Below, one piece after another: positions 24,315 through 35,800 of a stretch of DNA of 64,000 bases. Each line of letters starts with the position of its first letter. The first letter of the stretch is position 1. Below the pieces are notes generated by a model. That model was not told the DNA's origin. It ran no database searches and worked only from the letters and a program-made list of their open reading frames with translations. Origin of the DNA: Octopus sinensis. Its lineage: Eukaryota. Position numbers and translations under genes: made by a program. The DNA lies in assembly GCF_006345805.1 (NCBI RefSeq), contig NC_043024.1:10292001-10356000 (forward strand), in the 5' to 3' direction.

Positions 24315-24510
24315 CGTCTCCATTCTTTGTTATCTCACCTGAAAGGTTCAACATCCTGAGATTGTCCTTGAGTACTTCATCCCACATCTTTCTGGGTCTT
24401 CCGCTTCCACATGTGCCATCTGCTTTGAGAGATCAGCACTTCTTTATGTGTCTGTCAGCATCCATCCACATCACATGACCAAGCCAGCTCTGTCTTCTTT
24501 CTCTCTTGCA
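24315..24510 (-). mobile_element. RTE LINE ORF C-terminal fragment; similar pieces at 30590-30735 and 39480-39690 (-)
   Basis: WLGHVMWM...GTCGSGRPRKMWDEVLKDNL; the 39456-39638 ORF gives RWYGHVMHM...GRGRPRKTWDEVVKHDL. Confidence 0.8.
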
Positions 24511-24795
24511 CACAGCAACTAATTCCTCTTATGCCACAGAGGAGAATACACTCTTTTTACTTGTTTCAGTCATTTGACTGTGGTCATGCTGGAGCACCGC
24601 CTTTAGTCAAGCAACTCGACCCCGGGACTTATTCTTTGTAAGCCCAGTACTTATTCTATCGGTCTCTTTTGCCGAACTGCTAAGTTACAGGGACGTAAAC
24701 ACACCAGCATTGGTTGTCAAGCTATGTTAGGGGGACAAACACAGACACACAAACGTATACACACACATATGTATACACATACATACATATATATA

Positions 24796-24935
24796 GCACA
24801 GGGGATAGCGTGCTGGACTTCTAATCCAGTGGTCGTGGGTTCGAATCCCACCAGGGATGCTGACTGCTACTTTCCGTCCAGCCTGTGCTAGCACGGAAAA
24901 CTGACATTAAACGATGATGATGATGATGATGAGAT
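24796..24935 (+). pseudogene. tRNA-Arg(TCT)-derived sequence fused to an RTE 3' tail
   Basis: Anticodon stem ctgga/tccag with TCT at 24820-24822; T-arm gtggg-ttcgaat-cccac; cagggatg acceptor 3' strand; then ccgtccagcctgtgctagcacggaaaactgacattaaac(gat)n. Confidence 0.8.
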
Positions 24936-25597
24936 GATACGACAGGCTTCTTTCAGTTTCCGTCTACCAAATCCACTCACAAGGTATTGGTTGGCCCGAG
25001 TCTATAGTAGAAGACACTTGCCCAAGGTGCCACGCAGTGGGACTGAACCTGAAACCATGTGGTTGGTAAGCAAGCTACTTACCACACAGTCACTCCTGCA
25101 CCTTTTGAAATCAATTTGAAGGGAAAACAATTTCTGCCTCTCTACCTATCTGTCTATTTGTCTCTCTGCCTCTCTGTCTATCTGTTTATTTGTCTATCTA
25201 TCTACCTATCTTTACATATTCACACACACACACACACACACATATCTATACACTTGTATATACACTTGTAATTCATTCTTGGTAACAGCTGTTAATGTTT
25301 GTGCATGATGCTATATATTTGTGTGTGTGCGTGTGTGTATTTATGTTGGTTTGTGTTTATGGGTTTTGGAGTGTGTGTGTGTGTGTATTCTTGTATCTGT
25401 GTGTGTGTGTGTGAGTGTGTTTGCACACATTTGCTTACCAAAAAGAAAAAGAATTTTCTCTAAGTCTTGCAAAAATCACTTCGTAAATCTGTTTCAATCT
25501 GTATAGATTCTTGCCACAACCTGCGACACACACACGCGCATTCTCTCTGTCTGTCTGTCTGTCTGTCTTTCTCTCTTCCCCTCACACACGCATCAAC

Positions 25598-25634
<37 letters not shown>

Positions 25635-25669
25635 TGTACAAACACATGTACACATTCTTTGTCTGTCTG

Positions 25670-25726
<57 letters not shown>

Positions 25727-26090
25727 TATACATATACATGCACACACACTCCCTGTCTTGCACACACACACACACGTCAGACCTATCCACCTTCTCTCCC
25801 TCATCCTTCTCCTCCCTCTTTGCCTCTTCATCATATGCACTTTGGTCCTCCCTCTTTCTCTTCCCCCACTCACTCACACACACTCTCTCAACCATTACTA
25901 CTACCACCACCACTCACTCCTCCTCCTCCTACTACTACTACAAAGTTTGACAGCCAAATACTAAGGTGGAGACCAAGTGTTGAGGAGGACCTGAGAACTG
26001 TTCTGTGATTTGCAAACCCAGGCTTATACAGGCGCACGCAGCAGTCCTTTCTCTCTTGCTTACCTATCTATCCATCTATCTATCTACCTA

Positions 26091-26131
<41 letters not shown>

Positions 26132-26816
26132 GTCTGTCTGTCTGACTACATATCTATCTATCTACCTGCTACTCTCTCTATCTGCCTATCTATCTACCTG
26201 CCTATCTATCTATCTATCTGCCTATCTATCTATCTGCCTATCTGCCTCTCTGTCTATCTCCCTCTCTGCCTATCTACCTCTTTACCTCTCTGTCTATCTA
26301 CCTCTCTATCTATCTATCTATCTCTCTGCCTCTCTATCTGTTTATTTGTCTATCTATCTACCTATCTTTACATATTCACACACATATCTCCACGCTTGTA
26401 CATACACTTGTAATCCATTCTTGTTGCCACTTATTTACACACACCCATTCATTCATTCACCACACACACTAACTCATACACATTCTGTCCATCTCATTCT
26501 CACACACAAACACACACACACACACAAACTCACCCAAACATATACTTGCTTATTCACACAAATTCAAAAGAACACACAGATATTCTCCTACATACTTTTT
26601 CACATTTTCCACTTTGCCAATTATTTTCCGTCTCCCTTTGTCTAATCCTTAATTACTTTTAACTTAATTTTAACTCCCCTCAATGCATTTAATTACCGTG
26701 TTCCCCCCTCCTCTTTTACATTCTTAACCTCACCTACTAACGGCGTTAACCATTGTCCTTCTATACCGTATCACATACATACATACATACATACATACAT
26801 ACATACATACATACAT

Positions 26817-26853
<37 letters not shown>

Positions 26854-26859
26854 TCCCTG

Positions 26860-27105
26860 ATGCCTGAACCCCGACACCGTCACAAGAAGCGGTCTACCAC
26901 CACCAATGGCCAGAAGAAGCAGACCCCGATCAGCAACACTACAGAATCCAGCGCAGACGCACAGACAGGGTCCGCCTTGCTCTGGAACCTCATCTGGTTG
27001 GTCAGCATTGCACTGGGTGCATACGTCTGTTGCATTTGCGGCTGGAAGCATGCCCTCTACATGGCTCAACTGCACGAGAACCAGTTATGGTTTTCCAACA
27101 TTAAG
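26860..27105 (+). CDS. DPY19L3: DPY19L3-like alternative N-terminal coding exon 1b (82 aa: basic tail, TM1, ...LHENQLWFSNIK)
   Basis: Open frame MPEPRHRHKK...; TM LLWNLIWLVSIALGAYVCCICGW; LHENQLWFSNIK nearly identical to vertebrate DPY19L3 as remembered; phase-0 AAG|GTGAG donor. Confidence 0.9.
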
Positions 27106-28212
27106 GTGAGCTCTTTCTAGGAAGGACAGGCTCGGGTCACAGTAGTAGTATTAGTGGTGGTTGTGTGTTGTGGTGAAGGTGTGTGTAGTGAATGTGTGTG
27201 GCCCACAAGCATATGGTTGTGAGTTCAGTTCTCAGGAGTACCTTGTATCCTTGAGCAAGACATTCTGTTTCATGTTGCACTTCTCTGTGGAGGCACGTGG
27301 CCTAGTGGTTAGAGCAGCGGACTCGCGGTCGAGGGATCGCGGGTTTGAATCTCAGACCGGGCAATGTATGTGTTTATGAGTGAAACACCTAAGCTCCACT
27401 TCTGCTGACTCTTTTGCCACAACTTTCTCTCACTCTTTCCTTCTGCATCTTGCAGCTCACCTGTGACAGACCAGCGTCCCGTCCAGGTGGGGAACCTATA
27501 CGCCCAGAAACCGGAAAACCGGACCTTATGAGCCAGGCATGGCTCGAGAAGGAACAAACAACAAACAAATGTTGCCCCACTCCACTCAGCTGTCAAAAAC
27601 GAGTTGTATTTCAAAGGATCAGCCTTGTGTCACATTCTGTATCACACTGAATCTCCCTGAGAACTACATCCAGGGTACATACGTCTGTGGGGTACTCAAC
27701 CACTTGCATGTTAATTTCACAAGCTGGCTGTTCCATTGATTGGATTAATCGGAACCCACATCATCATACCTGACAGTGATCTTTCTATCTATCTACTAGC
27801 AGTATTGCCCGGCGTTGCTTGGGTTTGTTTCGATCCTTTAGAATTGGAATTTTTGAAAAGTAGAAATTTTGCATCAAGTAGCTTGTTATTCTCTTTAAGC
27901 GAACATTTTTCTGGTTGAAATACACTGAAAGATGGCAACACAGCAGTCAAAAAATCGTAAAAAATAGGGATTTTCATAGAAAAAAAGCGCCTTTTTGATG
28001 TAAATAATTTTTGGTGTTAACATGGTCTGATTTGAAATTTTTTCTTCTATGGAATGAAGAGCAAGCCCTCTTCTATCATACTCTAAATTTTGGTCAACTT
28101 GTGCTGCAGGGTCTCTGAGGAAATAGTATTAGTTGAAGGCTACCAAACCTGCCACACACAGACAACTTCAGCTTTATATATAGAGAGATTATTAATATTA
28201 TTATTATTATTA

Positions 28213-28248
<36 letters not shown>

Positions 28249-28332
28249 CAAAAGAGTAGCAAGCCAGCAGAATTGTTAGCACTCCAGACAAAATGTTTAG
28301 TGACATTTTATTTATCTTTACATTCTGAGTTC

Positions 28333-28937
28333 AAATACCTATTTCTTTACTACCCACTTGGGGCTAAACACAGAGAGGACAAACAAGGACAGACAAAGGG
28401 ATTAAGTCGATTACATCGACCCCAGTGCGTAACTGGTCCTTAATTTATCGACCCCGAAAGGATGAAAGGCAAAGTCGACCTCGGCGGAATTTGAACTCAG
28501 AACGTAGCGGCAGACGAAATACCTATTTCTTTACTACCCACAAGGGGATAAACACAAAGGGGACAAACAAGGACAGACAAACGGATTAAGTCGATTACAT
28601 CGACCCCAGTGCGTAACTGGTACTTAATTTATCGACCCCGAAAGGATGAAAGGCAAAGTCGACCTCGGCGGAATTTGAACTCAGAACGTAGCGGCAGACG
28701 AAATACCTATTTCTTTACTACCCACAAGGGGATAAACACAAAGGGGACAAACAAGGACAGACAAACGGATTAAGTCGATTACATCGACCCCAGTGCGTAA
28801 CTGGTACTTAATTTATCGACCCCGAAAGGATGAAAGGCAAAGTCGACCTCGGCGGAATTTGAACTCAGTACGTAACGGCAGACGAAATACGGCTATGCAT
28901 TTCACCCGGCGTGCTAACGGTTCTGCCAACTCGCCGC
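28333..28937 (-). mobile_element. Meta/MESC-type tRNA SINE trimer (184-bp units)
   Basis: Core gcctttcatcctttcggggtcgataaattaagtacc; units start at 28333, 28517 and 28701; a single tRNA head at the right end. Dimers at 37265-37660, 40085-40497 and 60760-61155; monomers near 62470 and 63760. Confidence 0.8.
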
Positions 28938-29139
28938 CTTATTCTGAGTTCAAATATCATCAGAGTCGAGTTTGCTTTTCATCCCTTCAGGGGTCGATAA
29001 AATAAGTACCAGTCATGTACTGAAGTCAATGTAATCAACTTACCCCCCTCTTCCATAACTGTTGACCCTGTACCAAAATTTGAAACTAATATTATATGCC
29101 ATTCATTTAATCCTTTATGTTACTGTTCATTCTTTGCAG

Positions 29140-29230
29140 GAATTGGAACGAGAAATATCCTTCCGGACGGAGTCGGGCTTGTACTATTCCTATTATAAGC
29201 AGATGGTGAATGCTCCATCAATAATGGAAG
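29140..29230 (+). CDS. DPY19L3: DPY19L3 common exon 2 ([30 protein letters not shown])
   Basis: Hallmark DPY19 motif; cag acceptor; phase 0 to 1. Confidence 0.96.
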
Positions 29231-30000
29231 GTGATTGCTGTTATTTATTTTTTTTTATCTTTTTTTTTTTGTTTCAATCATTTCACTGTGGCCATGCTGG
29301 GGCACCACCTTGAATTGAAGATTGTTTTTTTTTTTTTTTTTGCTAGTTGAATGAATTGACCCCCCCAGTACTTATTTATTTCAAACCTGGTATTCTATCA
29401 ATCACTTTTGCTGAACTGCTAAGTTACAGGCATAAACACACCACCACCAGTCGCCAAACAGTGGTAGAGGACACACACACACATATATATATATATGACA
29501 GGCTTCTTTCAGTCTCCGTTTACCAAATCCACTCACAAGGCTTTGGTTGGCCTGAGGCTATAGTAGAAATTTTCCCCAGGTGACATGCAGTGGGATTAAA
29601 CCCGGAACCATGGTTGTCAAATACTAGTGGGGGACAAACAAAGACACAAACACACATATATACGATAGGCTTCTTTCAGTTTCCTTCTACCAAATCCACT
29701 CACAAGGCTTTGGTCGGCCTGAGACTATAGTAGAAGACAATTTCCCAAGGTGCCACGCAGTGGGACTGAACCCGGAACCATGTGGTTGGGAAGCAAGCTT
29801 CTTACCACATCTGATGAAAATTAAGCAACCACACACACTTACAAGGACTTACAAGAATATACATATACACAGGTTCTATGACAGTGACACACTCACACCA
29901 CACACAAGTGTATACATACATGCACATATATATTTATATATGAGGCAAGGCATAAATTATGGTCATTTCATATTTTTTCTTTATTGTCTCTCTATTACTC

Positions 30001-30392
30001 TTTTACTCTTTTACTTGTTTCAGTCATTTGACTGCAGCCATGCTGGAGCACCACCTTTAGTCGAGCAAATCGACCCCAGGTCTTATTCTTTGTAAGCCTA
30101 GTACTTATTCTATCGGTCTCTTTTGCCGAACCGCTAAGTTACGGGGACATAAACACACCAGCATCGGTTGTCAAGTGATGTTAGTGGGGGGGACAAACAC
30201 ACACACACATATATATATATATATACATATATACGACGGGCTTCTTTCAGTTTCCGTCTACCAAATCCACTCACAAGGCTTTGGTCAGCTCAAGGCTATA
30301 GTAGAAGACACTTGCCCAAGGTGCCACGCAGTGGGACTGAACCCAGAACCATGTGGTTGGTAAGCAAGCTACTTACCACACAGCCACTCCTG
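30001..30392 (-). mobile_element. CORE-type tRNA SINE, representative full copy (at least 15 copies in the window, e.g. 17945-18345, 51090-51475, 62980-63365)
   Basis: Head tgtgtggtaagtagc...ggttc(t/c)gggttcagtccc; CORE-like caccttgggcaagtgtctt; central microsatellite; tail gactgaaacaagtaaaagag. Confidence 0.8.
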
Positions 30393-30869
30393 TGGTGAAT
30401 TAGACTTACAGCTGTTTCTGGTGGTCTTTATATGTTCGTTATCGATAGGTTTACTCAATCAGTCCATTGATCACTTAAGAACAATTGAACAGCCTAGAGA
30501 ATTAATGCTACTTTCTTCAGAGTCGTTTCTGGTTATAACAAATCTGAACACTGAAGGAATGGTACAGACATGGGGGTGAGGGAAGGAAGAGAGTCTTGGG
30601 CCCCTGTCATCACCCCTGTGAGACCCAACATTGCGTCACATGTCTTCCTGAGTCTACCCCTTCCACACGTTCCCTCCACAATTAGACATCGGCACCTCTT
30701 GATGCCACTGTCTTCATTCATACACAGCCTTTGACTCACTTGCCTTTGTTTTCTCTTTATCTATGTCTTTCTTTAATTCTCTCTCTCTCCTTTTTTCATC
30801 TTTTTTTTTCCGTTTCATCCATTTATTTATTTACCTTTTTCTTCCTTTCCTTCGGTCTTACCATAAAAG

Positions 30870-30994
30870 GAATCAACAGCCTCACCAACGACACCCTGAC
30901 CGAGTTCCCCAGCAGCATCAACGTCATTGAGAGGATGAACATTTACCAGGAAATAATCCTTGCCACCATTTACAGGAGTTTCACCGTCATTCAC
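30870..30994 (+). CDS. DPY19L3: DPY19L3 exon 3 (INSLTNDTLTEFPSSINVIERMNIYQEIILATIYRSFTVIH)
   Basis: RMNIYQE motif; phase 1 to 0; gtaagt donor. Confidence 0.95.
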
Positions 30995-31073
30995 GTAAGT
31001 CCTTGACTCTTCACTCTTTAACAATCAGATCACCCACTCAAACGTAATGCTTATTAATTCCCATGCTTTCAAT

Positions 31074-31765
31074 TACTATAAATCCCCAAAATTTAAAGGT
31101 CAAAATCCCTAGTGCGTACTATATACGAGGTTAAAAATGAAAATTATTTTCTAAGCAATGCCTGAGTCTCTATTTGCTGTCCGGCAATGTTTGTTCAGAC
31201 GCATTTTGTGATGTCGGGTGTGAAAATACCCATGTGGAAGGTTTGGGAATGTAACACTCATGATAATTGAGGATTATATATATATATACACATAGCGTAA
31301 ATCCTCGAGTATAGTCCGCCCTTGAGTATAATACGCAGGGAATCTTTAGGGAGCTGTACCTCTGAAAAACCTAAACCTTGTGTATAATATGCACCCCTTC
31401 TCTAACTTGAGTCAAGGAGGTCTATATAACGTCCTTGGTTTGTAAAACTGTATATAGTAACGTCCTTTATTATTATTGTATATATAACATAATGCAAACA
31501 TGTAGCTTTTTTGTGCATTTTGTTTGCAGAAAATAAAGAAATAACAGTAATAACGTTTAATAAATGTTGCTTACTGCAAGTTATGGATGATTCTTTTATG
31601 ACTTCATTGCTTTCAGGCTTAGCTTAAGGTATTTTCACACCCGACATCACAAAATGCGTCTGAATAAACATTGCCGGACAGCAAATAGAGACTCGGACAT
31701 GGCTTAGAAAATATTTTTCATTTTTAACCTTGTATATAGTACGCAGTAGGGATTTTGAATGGCTA
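31074..31765. mobile_element. DNA-transposon-derived segment with about 130-bp inverted repeats (pogo/Tigger-like end motifs)
   Basis: 31095-31230 is the reverse complement of 31628-31760; internal cgtaaatcctcgagtata resembles pogo-type termini. Confidence 0.55.
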
Positions 31766-31849
31766 TAAGAGGGATCAAGTTAAGTGGCTATAGAGGCTAT
31801 TATGCTAATAAACAAATTAGATACATCAAATACATTAAATATATTAGAT

Positions 31850-31880
<31 letters not shown>

Positions 31881-31921
31881 TATATATAATATCTCTCATA
31901 CTGTCCTATTTTCTCCTACAG

Positions 31922-32067
31922 AAGAATTTCCAGCCAGTTTTCTTCTACATCCACACCATATTTTCCCTTCACGGTGCCTTGGTCAGTTCCCTGTTCATCA
32001 CAGCATGGATGTTAAGTGAGTCATGGTTGACCGGCGTTCTTGCTGCTAGCTTTTACATCTTCAACAG
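31922..32067 (+). CDS. DPY19L3: DPY19L3 exon 4 (KNFQPVFFYIHTIFSLHG...SFYIFN)
   Basis: Homology; phase 0 to 2; canonical sites. Confidence 0.95.
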
Positions 32068-33199
32068 GTATGTTTGGTTCTTTCTCTCCACTTGCTTCCT
32101 CTATCACAATCCTTCCACTTTGCCCCTCATTTCTCTCTGTCTCTCTCTCTCTCATCACTGGCACCATTCAAAGACTATATATCTTCATCATACGTCTGTT
32201 GTCCATGTTGCCATGGGCTGAACTGTTTGACCAGGGCTGGCAAGTTGGAAGGCTGCACCAGACACCAGTCTGATTTGGCATTGATGTCCTTCCTAACACC
32301 AACCACTCAAAGAGTGTAATGGGTGCTTTTACATGTCACTGGCACAGGTGCCATTTGTGTGACACCAGTATCTGCCACAACTGTGGTTTTGCTTGGCTTG
32401 CTGTGTCTCCTTTTCAAGCATGGCATAATGCCAAAAGGACTCGGCCATTGCCTCCATGAGGCCCAACATTAGGGTCAATGTAATTGGCACATCCCCTCCC
32501 CCAAAATTTTCAGCCCTGTACCTATAGTGGAAAGGATTATTATTATTATTATTATTGAGTGAGAGAGCAGTACATGCCATCAAAGTGACACTGGGGTACA
32601 AATATACGAAGCCCAGTATACCCATCATGACTACCCGTCTGATAAGGGTGCACCAGGCACATGCATCACAACCATATGTGTGCGACATGGTGATCTCATA
32701 TCAAGATAAACAGCACATGACCTTGTAGGTGGGGCCCAGTTAGAATTTTCTTCTGGTCAAGTAACCCATCCCACTCGAAAGGTCCCTGAATAAGGGTTGT
32801 TTAAGGATGTTGAACGAAACACCCATGTTTCCAGAGGTGAACTATTCAAACCTGCAAGAATTACCTTCAACACATGGCTATGATGCTCCCCCACTACTTC
32901 TGCTTATGATCAGAGATGCACATATCATCAGCCACTAAGGGACATGCTCAACTGGTTAAGGTCAAACAACTGACAAGCAAATCTGTGGTATTGAGCAGAA
33001 TATTTGCTGTAGCCCATCTTTTATACCAAGACAAATCAATGTACATAATAACACTTCCAATCAGTTAAGATCAGAAGCCACGAGAGCCACTGCCTGGTAC
33101 TGCATCAGGGCATTGATGCTCCCCCACTACTTCTGCTCGTGATCAGAGATGCACATATTATTATTATTATTATCATCATCATCATCATAATTATTATTA

Positions 33200-33239
<40 letters not shown>

Positions 33240-33584
33240 CATTATCATCATCATAATCATTATCATTATCATTATTATTATTATCATCATTATTATTGTG
33301 AAGGTAGAGAGATGGCAGAATCATTAGCATGCTGGATGAAATACTTAGCGGTATTTTGCTCGGCGCCATGTTCCGAGTTCAAATTCCACTGAGGTCGACT
33401 TTGCCTTTCATCCTTTCAGGGTCAATAAATTAAGTACCAGTTGAGAACTGGGAACAATGTAACCGACTTAATCCCCACCCACTAAAATTTCAGGCCTTGT
33501 GCCGTTAGTAGAAGGGATTATTATTGTTGTTGTTATTGTTGTAGTTATTATTATTGTTATTATTAAAATGGTATATTTCTCAAG

Positions 33585-33708
33585 ACTAGATACTACAAGG
33601 GTAGAATATGTCATCCCACTGCGAGAGAGTTTCTCGTTGCCCTTCCTCTGGTTCCAAGTGGCAGCGATCTCATACTATCTACGTTGGAAGACAAACCCAG
33701 TACTGAAT
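33585..33708 (+). CDS. DPY19L3: DPY19L3 exon 5 (LDTTRVEYVIPLRESFSLPFLWFQ...)
   Basis: DTTRV...PLRE motif; phase 2 to 0. Confidence 0.96.
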
Positions 33709-35364
33709 GTAAGTGCTTGCTTCTTTCTTTCTTTCTTTCTTTCTTTAGTTTCCTGTTTTCTTTCTTTGTTGTTTTTGCACCTTGTGAACCCCACCCTCAC
33801 ACACCTTGAACAATCCTCTTCCGTTCCATTTATGGTCGCATCCTTGGACCCTGAGAGTTTGCCCTGGCACATTGCCACCATCTCTCTCCCTCTCTTGCCC
33901 TTGTTCTCTCTCGTTTTCATTCTGTCTCATTCCGTCATCACCTAAACGCTCGTCATCTGGCACGAAGCCAACTCCTTCAATACCACCACCCCCGTCTCAA
34001 GCCCTCTTCAGACAGCCTCTGACTCAGTATTGACCCATCCATCTATGTAAACATGCATACACACACACACACACTCACTGCCACACCCACCCATTCACAC
34101 ACCTGTCACCTTAGCTGCTGACCTCTCAGAGTCATATTAACACACACGCACACAGATCCTACCACACACTACTACACAATTACCACCGCATGCACACCCA
34201 CACATGCAGTTACATATATATATCATCATCATCGTTTAACGTCCGCTTTCCATGCTGGCATGGGTTGGACGATTTGACTGAGGACTGGCGAACCAGATGG
34301 CTGCACCAGACTCCAATCTTGATCTGGCAGAGTTTCTACAGCTGGATGCCCTACCTAATGCTAACCACTCCAAGAGTGTAGTGGGTGCTTTTACGTGCCA
34401 CCAGCACGAGGGCCAGTCTGGCAGTATTGGCAACAACCATGGTCAAATGGTGCTTTTTACGTGCCACCTGCAGAGGAGTCACTCCAGCAGCACTACCAAC
34501 GACCTCGCTCGAATGTTTTGTTCACGTGCCGCCAGCACAAGTGCCAGTTAGGCGATGCTGACAACGATCACACTCAAATGGTGTTTTTTACAGGTCCACC
34601 AGCACAGAAGCCAGGCAACTGCTCTGGCAATGATCCCGCTTGGATGGAGCTTTTAGCGCTCCACTGGCACAGGTGCCAGTCATCGAATTTGGTTCAATTT
34701 CGATTTCACTTGCCCCAACAGGTCTTCATATATATATATATACTCTTTTACTGGTTTCAGTCATTTGATTGTGGCCATGCTGGAGCACTGCCTTTAGTCG
34801 AGTAAATCGACTCCAGGACTTATTCTTTGTAAGCCTAGTACTTATTCTATCGGTCTCTTTTGCTGAACCGCTAAGTTACGGGGACGTAAACACACCAGCA
34901 TTGGTTGTCAAGCAATGTTGGGGGGACAAACACAAACACACAAACACATATATATATATACATATATAAGACGGGCTTCTGTCAGTTTCCGTCTACCAAA
35001 TCCACTCACAAGGCTTTGGTCGGCCCGAGGCTATAGTAGAAGACACTTGCCCAAGGTGCCACGCAGCGAGACTGAACCCGGAACCATGTGGTTGGTAAAC
35101 AAGCTACTTACCACACAGCAAATATATATATGCACAGGCATGGCTGTGTGGTAAGTAGCTTGCTTCCCAATCACATGGTTCTGGGTTCAGTCCCACTGCA
35201 TGGCACTTTGGGCAAGTGTCTTCTACTATAGCCTCAGGCCAACCAAAACCTTCAGCCCTCACCAGACCTAAATCCCTTTCAAGTGCTAAAGCACACAATC
35301 CCTGACCATCCCCCATGCAGAAAACCTGTTTCTCTTTCATATGTATTGTTGTCCTTTCTTGCAG

Positions 35365-35499
35365 AAAATCTCCATTGCTGTTGTGGCCTTCAGCACATTC
35401 CTCTTCATGCTGTTCTGGCAATTCAGCCAATTTATCGTTCTACTGCAGACATTCTCTCTTTTTGCTGTCTGGGTACTTGGCATGGTACCCCAACACAAG
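35365..35499 (+). CDS. DPY19L3: DPY19L3 exon 6 (KISIAVVAFSTFLFMLFWQFSQF...)
   Basis: WQFxQF motif; phase 0 to 0. Confidence 0.95.
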
Positions 35500-35765
35500 G
35501 TACGTCCTGTCTCTAGCATTTTGTATTTCCGTACGACTTTGTATATATTTTACGGAGATGTACTTGCATAGCAAGTGACCTGATCTGAGGTCGTGTGCTG
35601 GAATGAAAACAATTGCAGCGTGGAAGGTGTTTAAAAGCCGTTTAAGAAACACACAAAAACTGTTAGATTCACTTCAACATATAAATTTAATTTGTCAAAA
35701 TATTTTCGTCGCTTTGAGATCACGACCTCTTCACTGACAAAATTCCGTGCTGCATAAAGGATATA

Positions 35766-35800
<35 letters not shown>

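Noticed and set aside
23279-24387. Three overlapping 317-361-aa ORFs with 67-aa periodicity
   Set aside because: Produced by a stop-free 67-bp tandem repeat read through all frames; not a gene.
24796-24859. Functional tRNA-Arg gene (likewise tRNA-Asn at 14099-14148 and the SINE heads)
   Set aside because: The 5' acceptor strand is missing, so no complete cloverleaf; flanked by retroposon tail or microsatellite.
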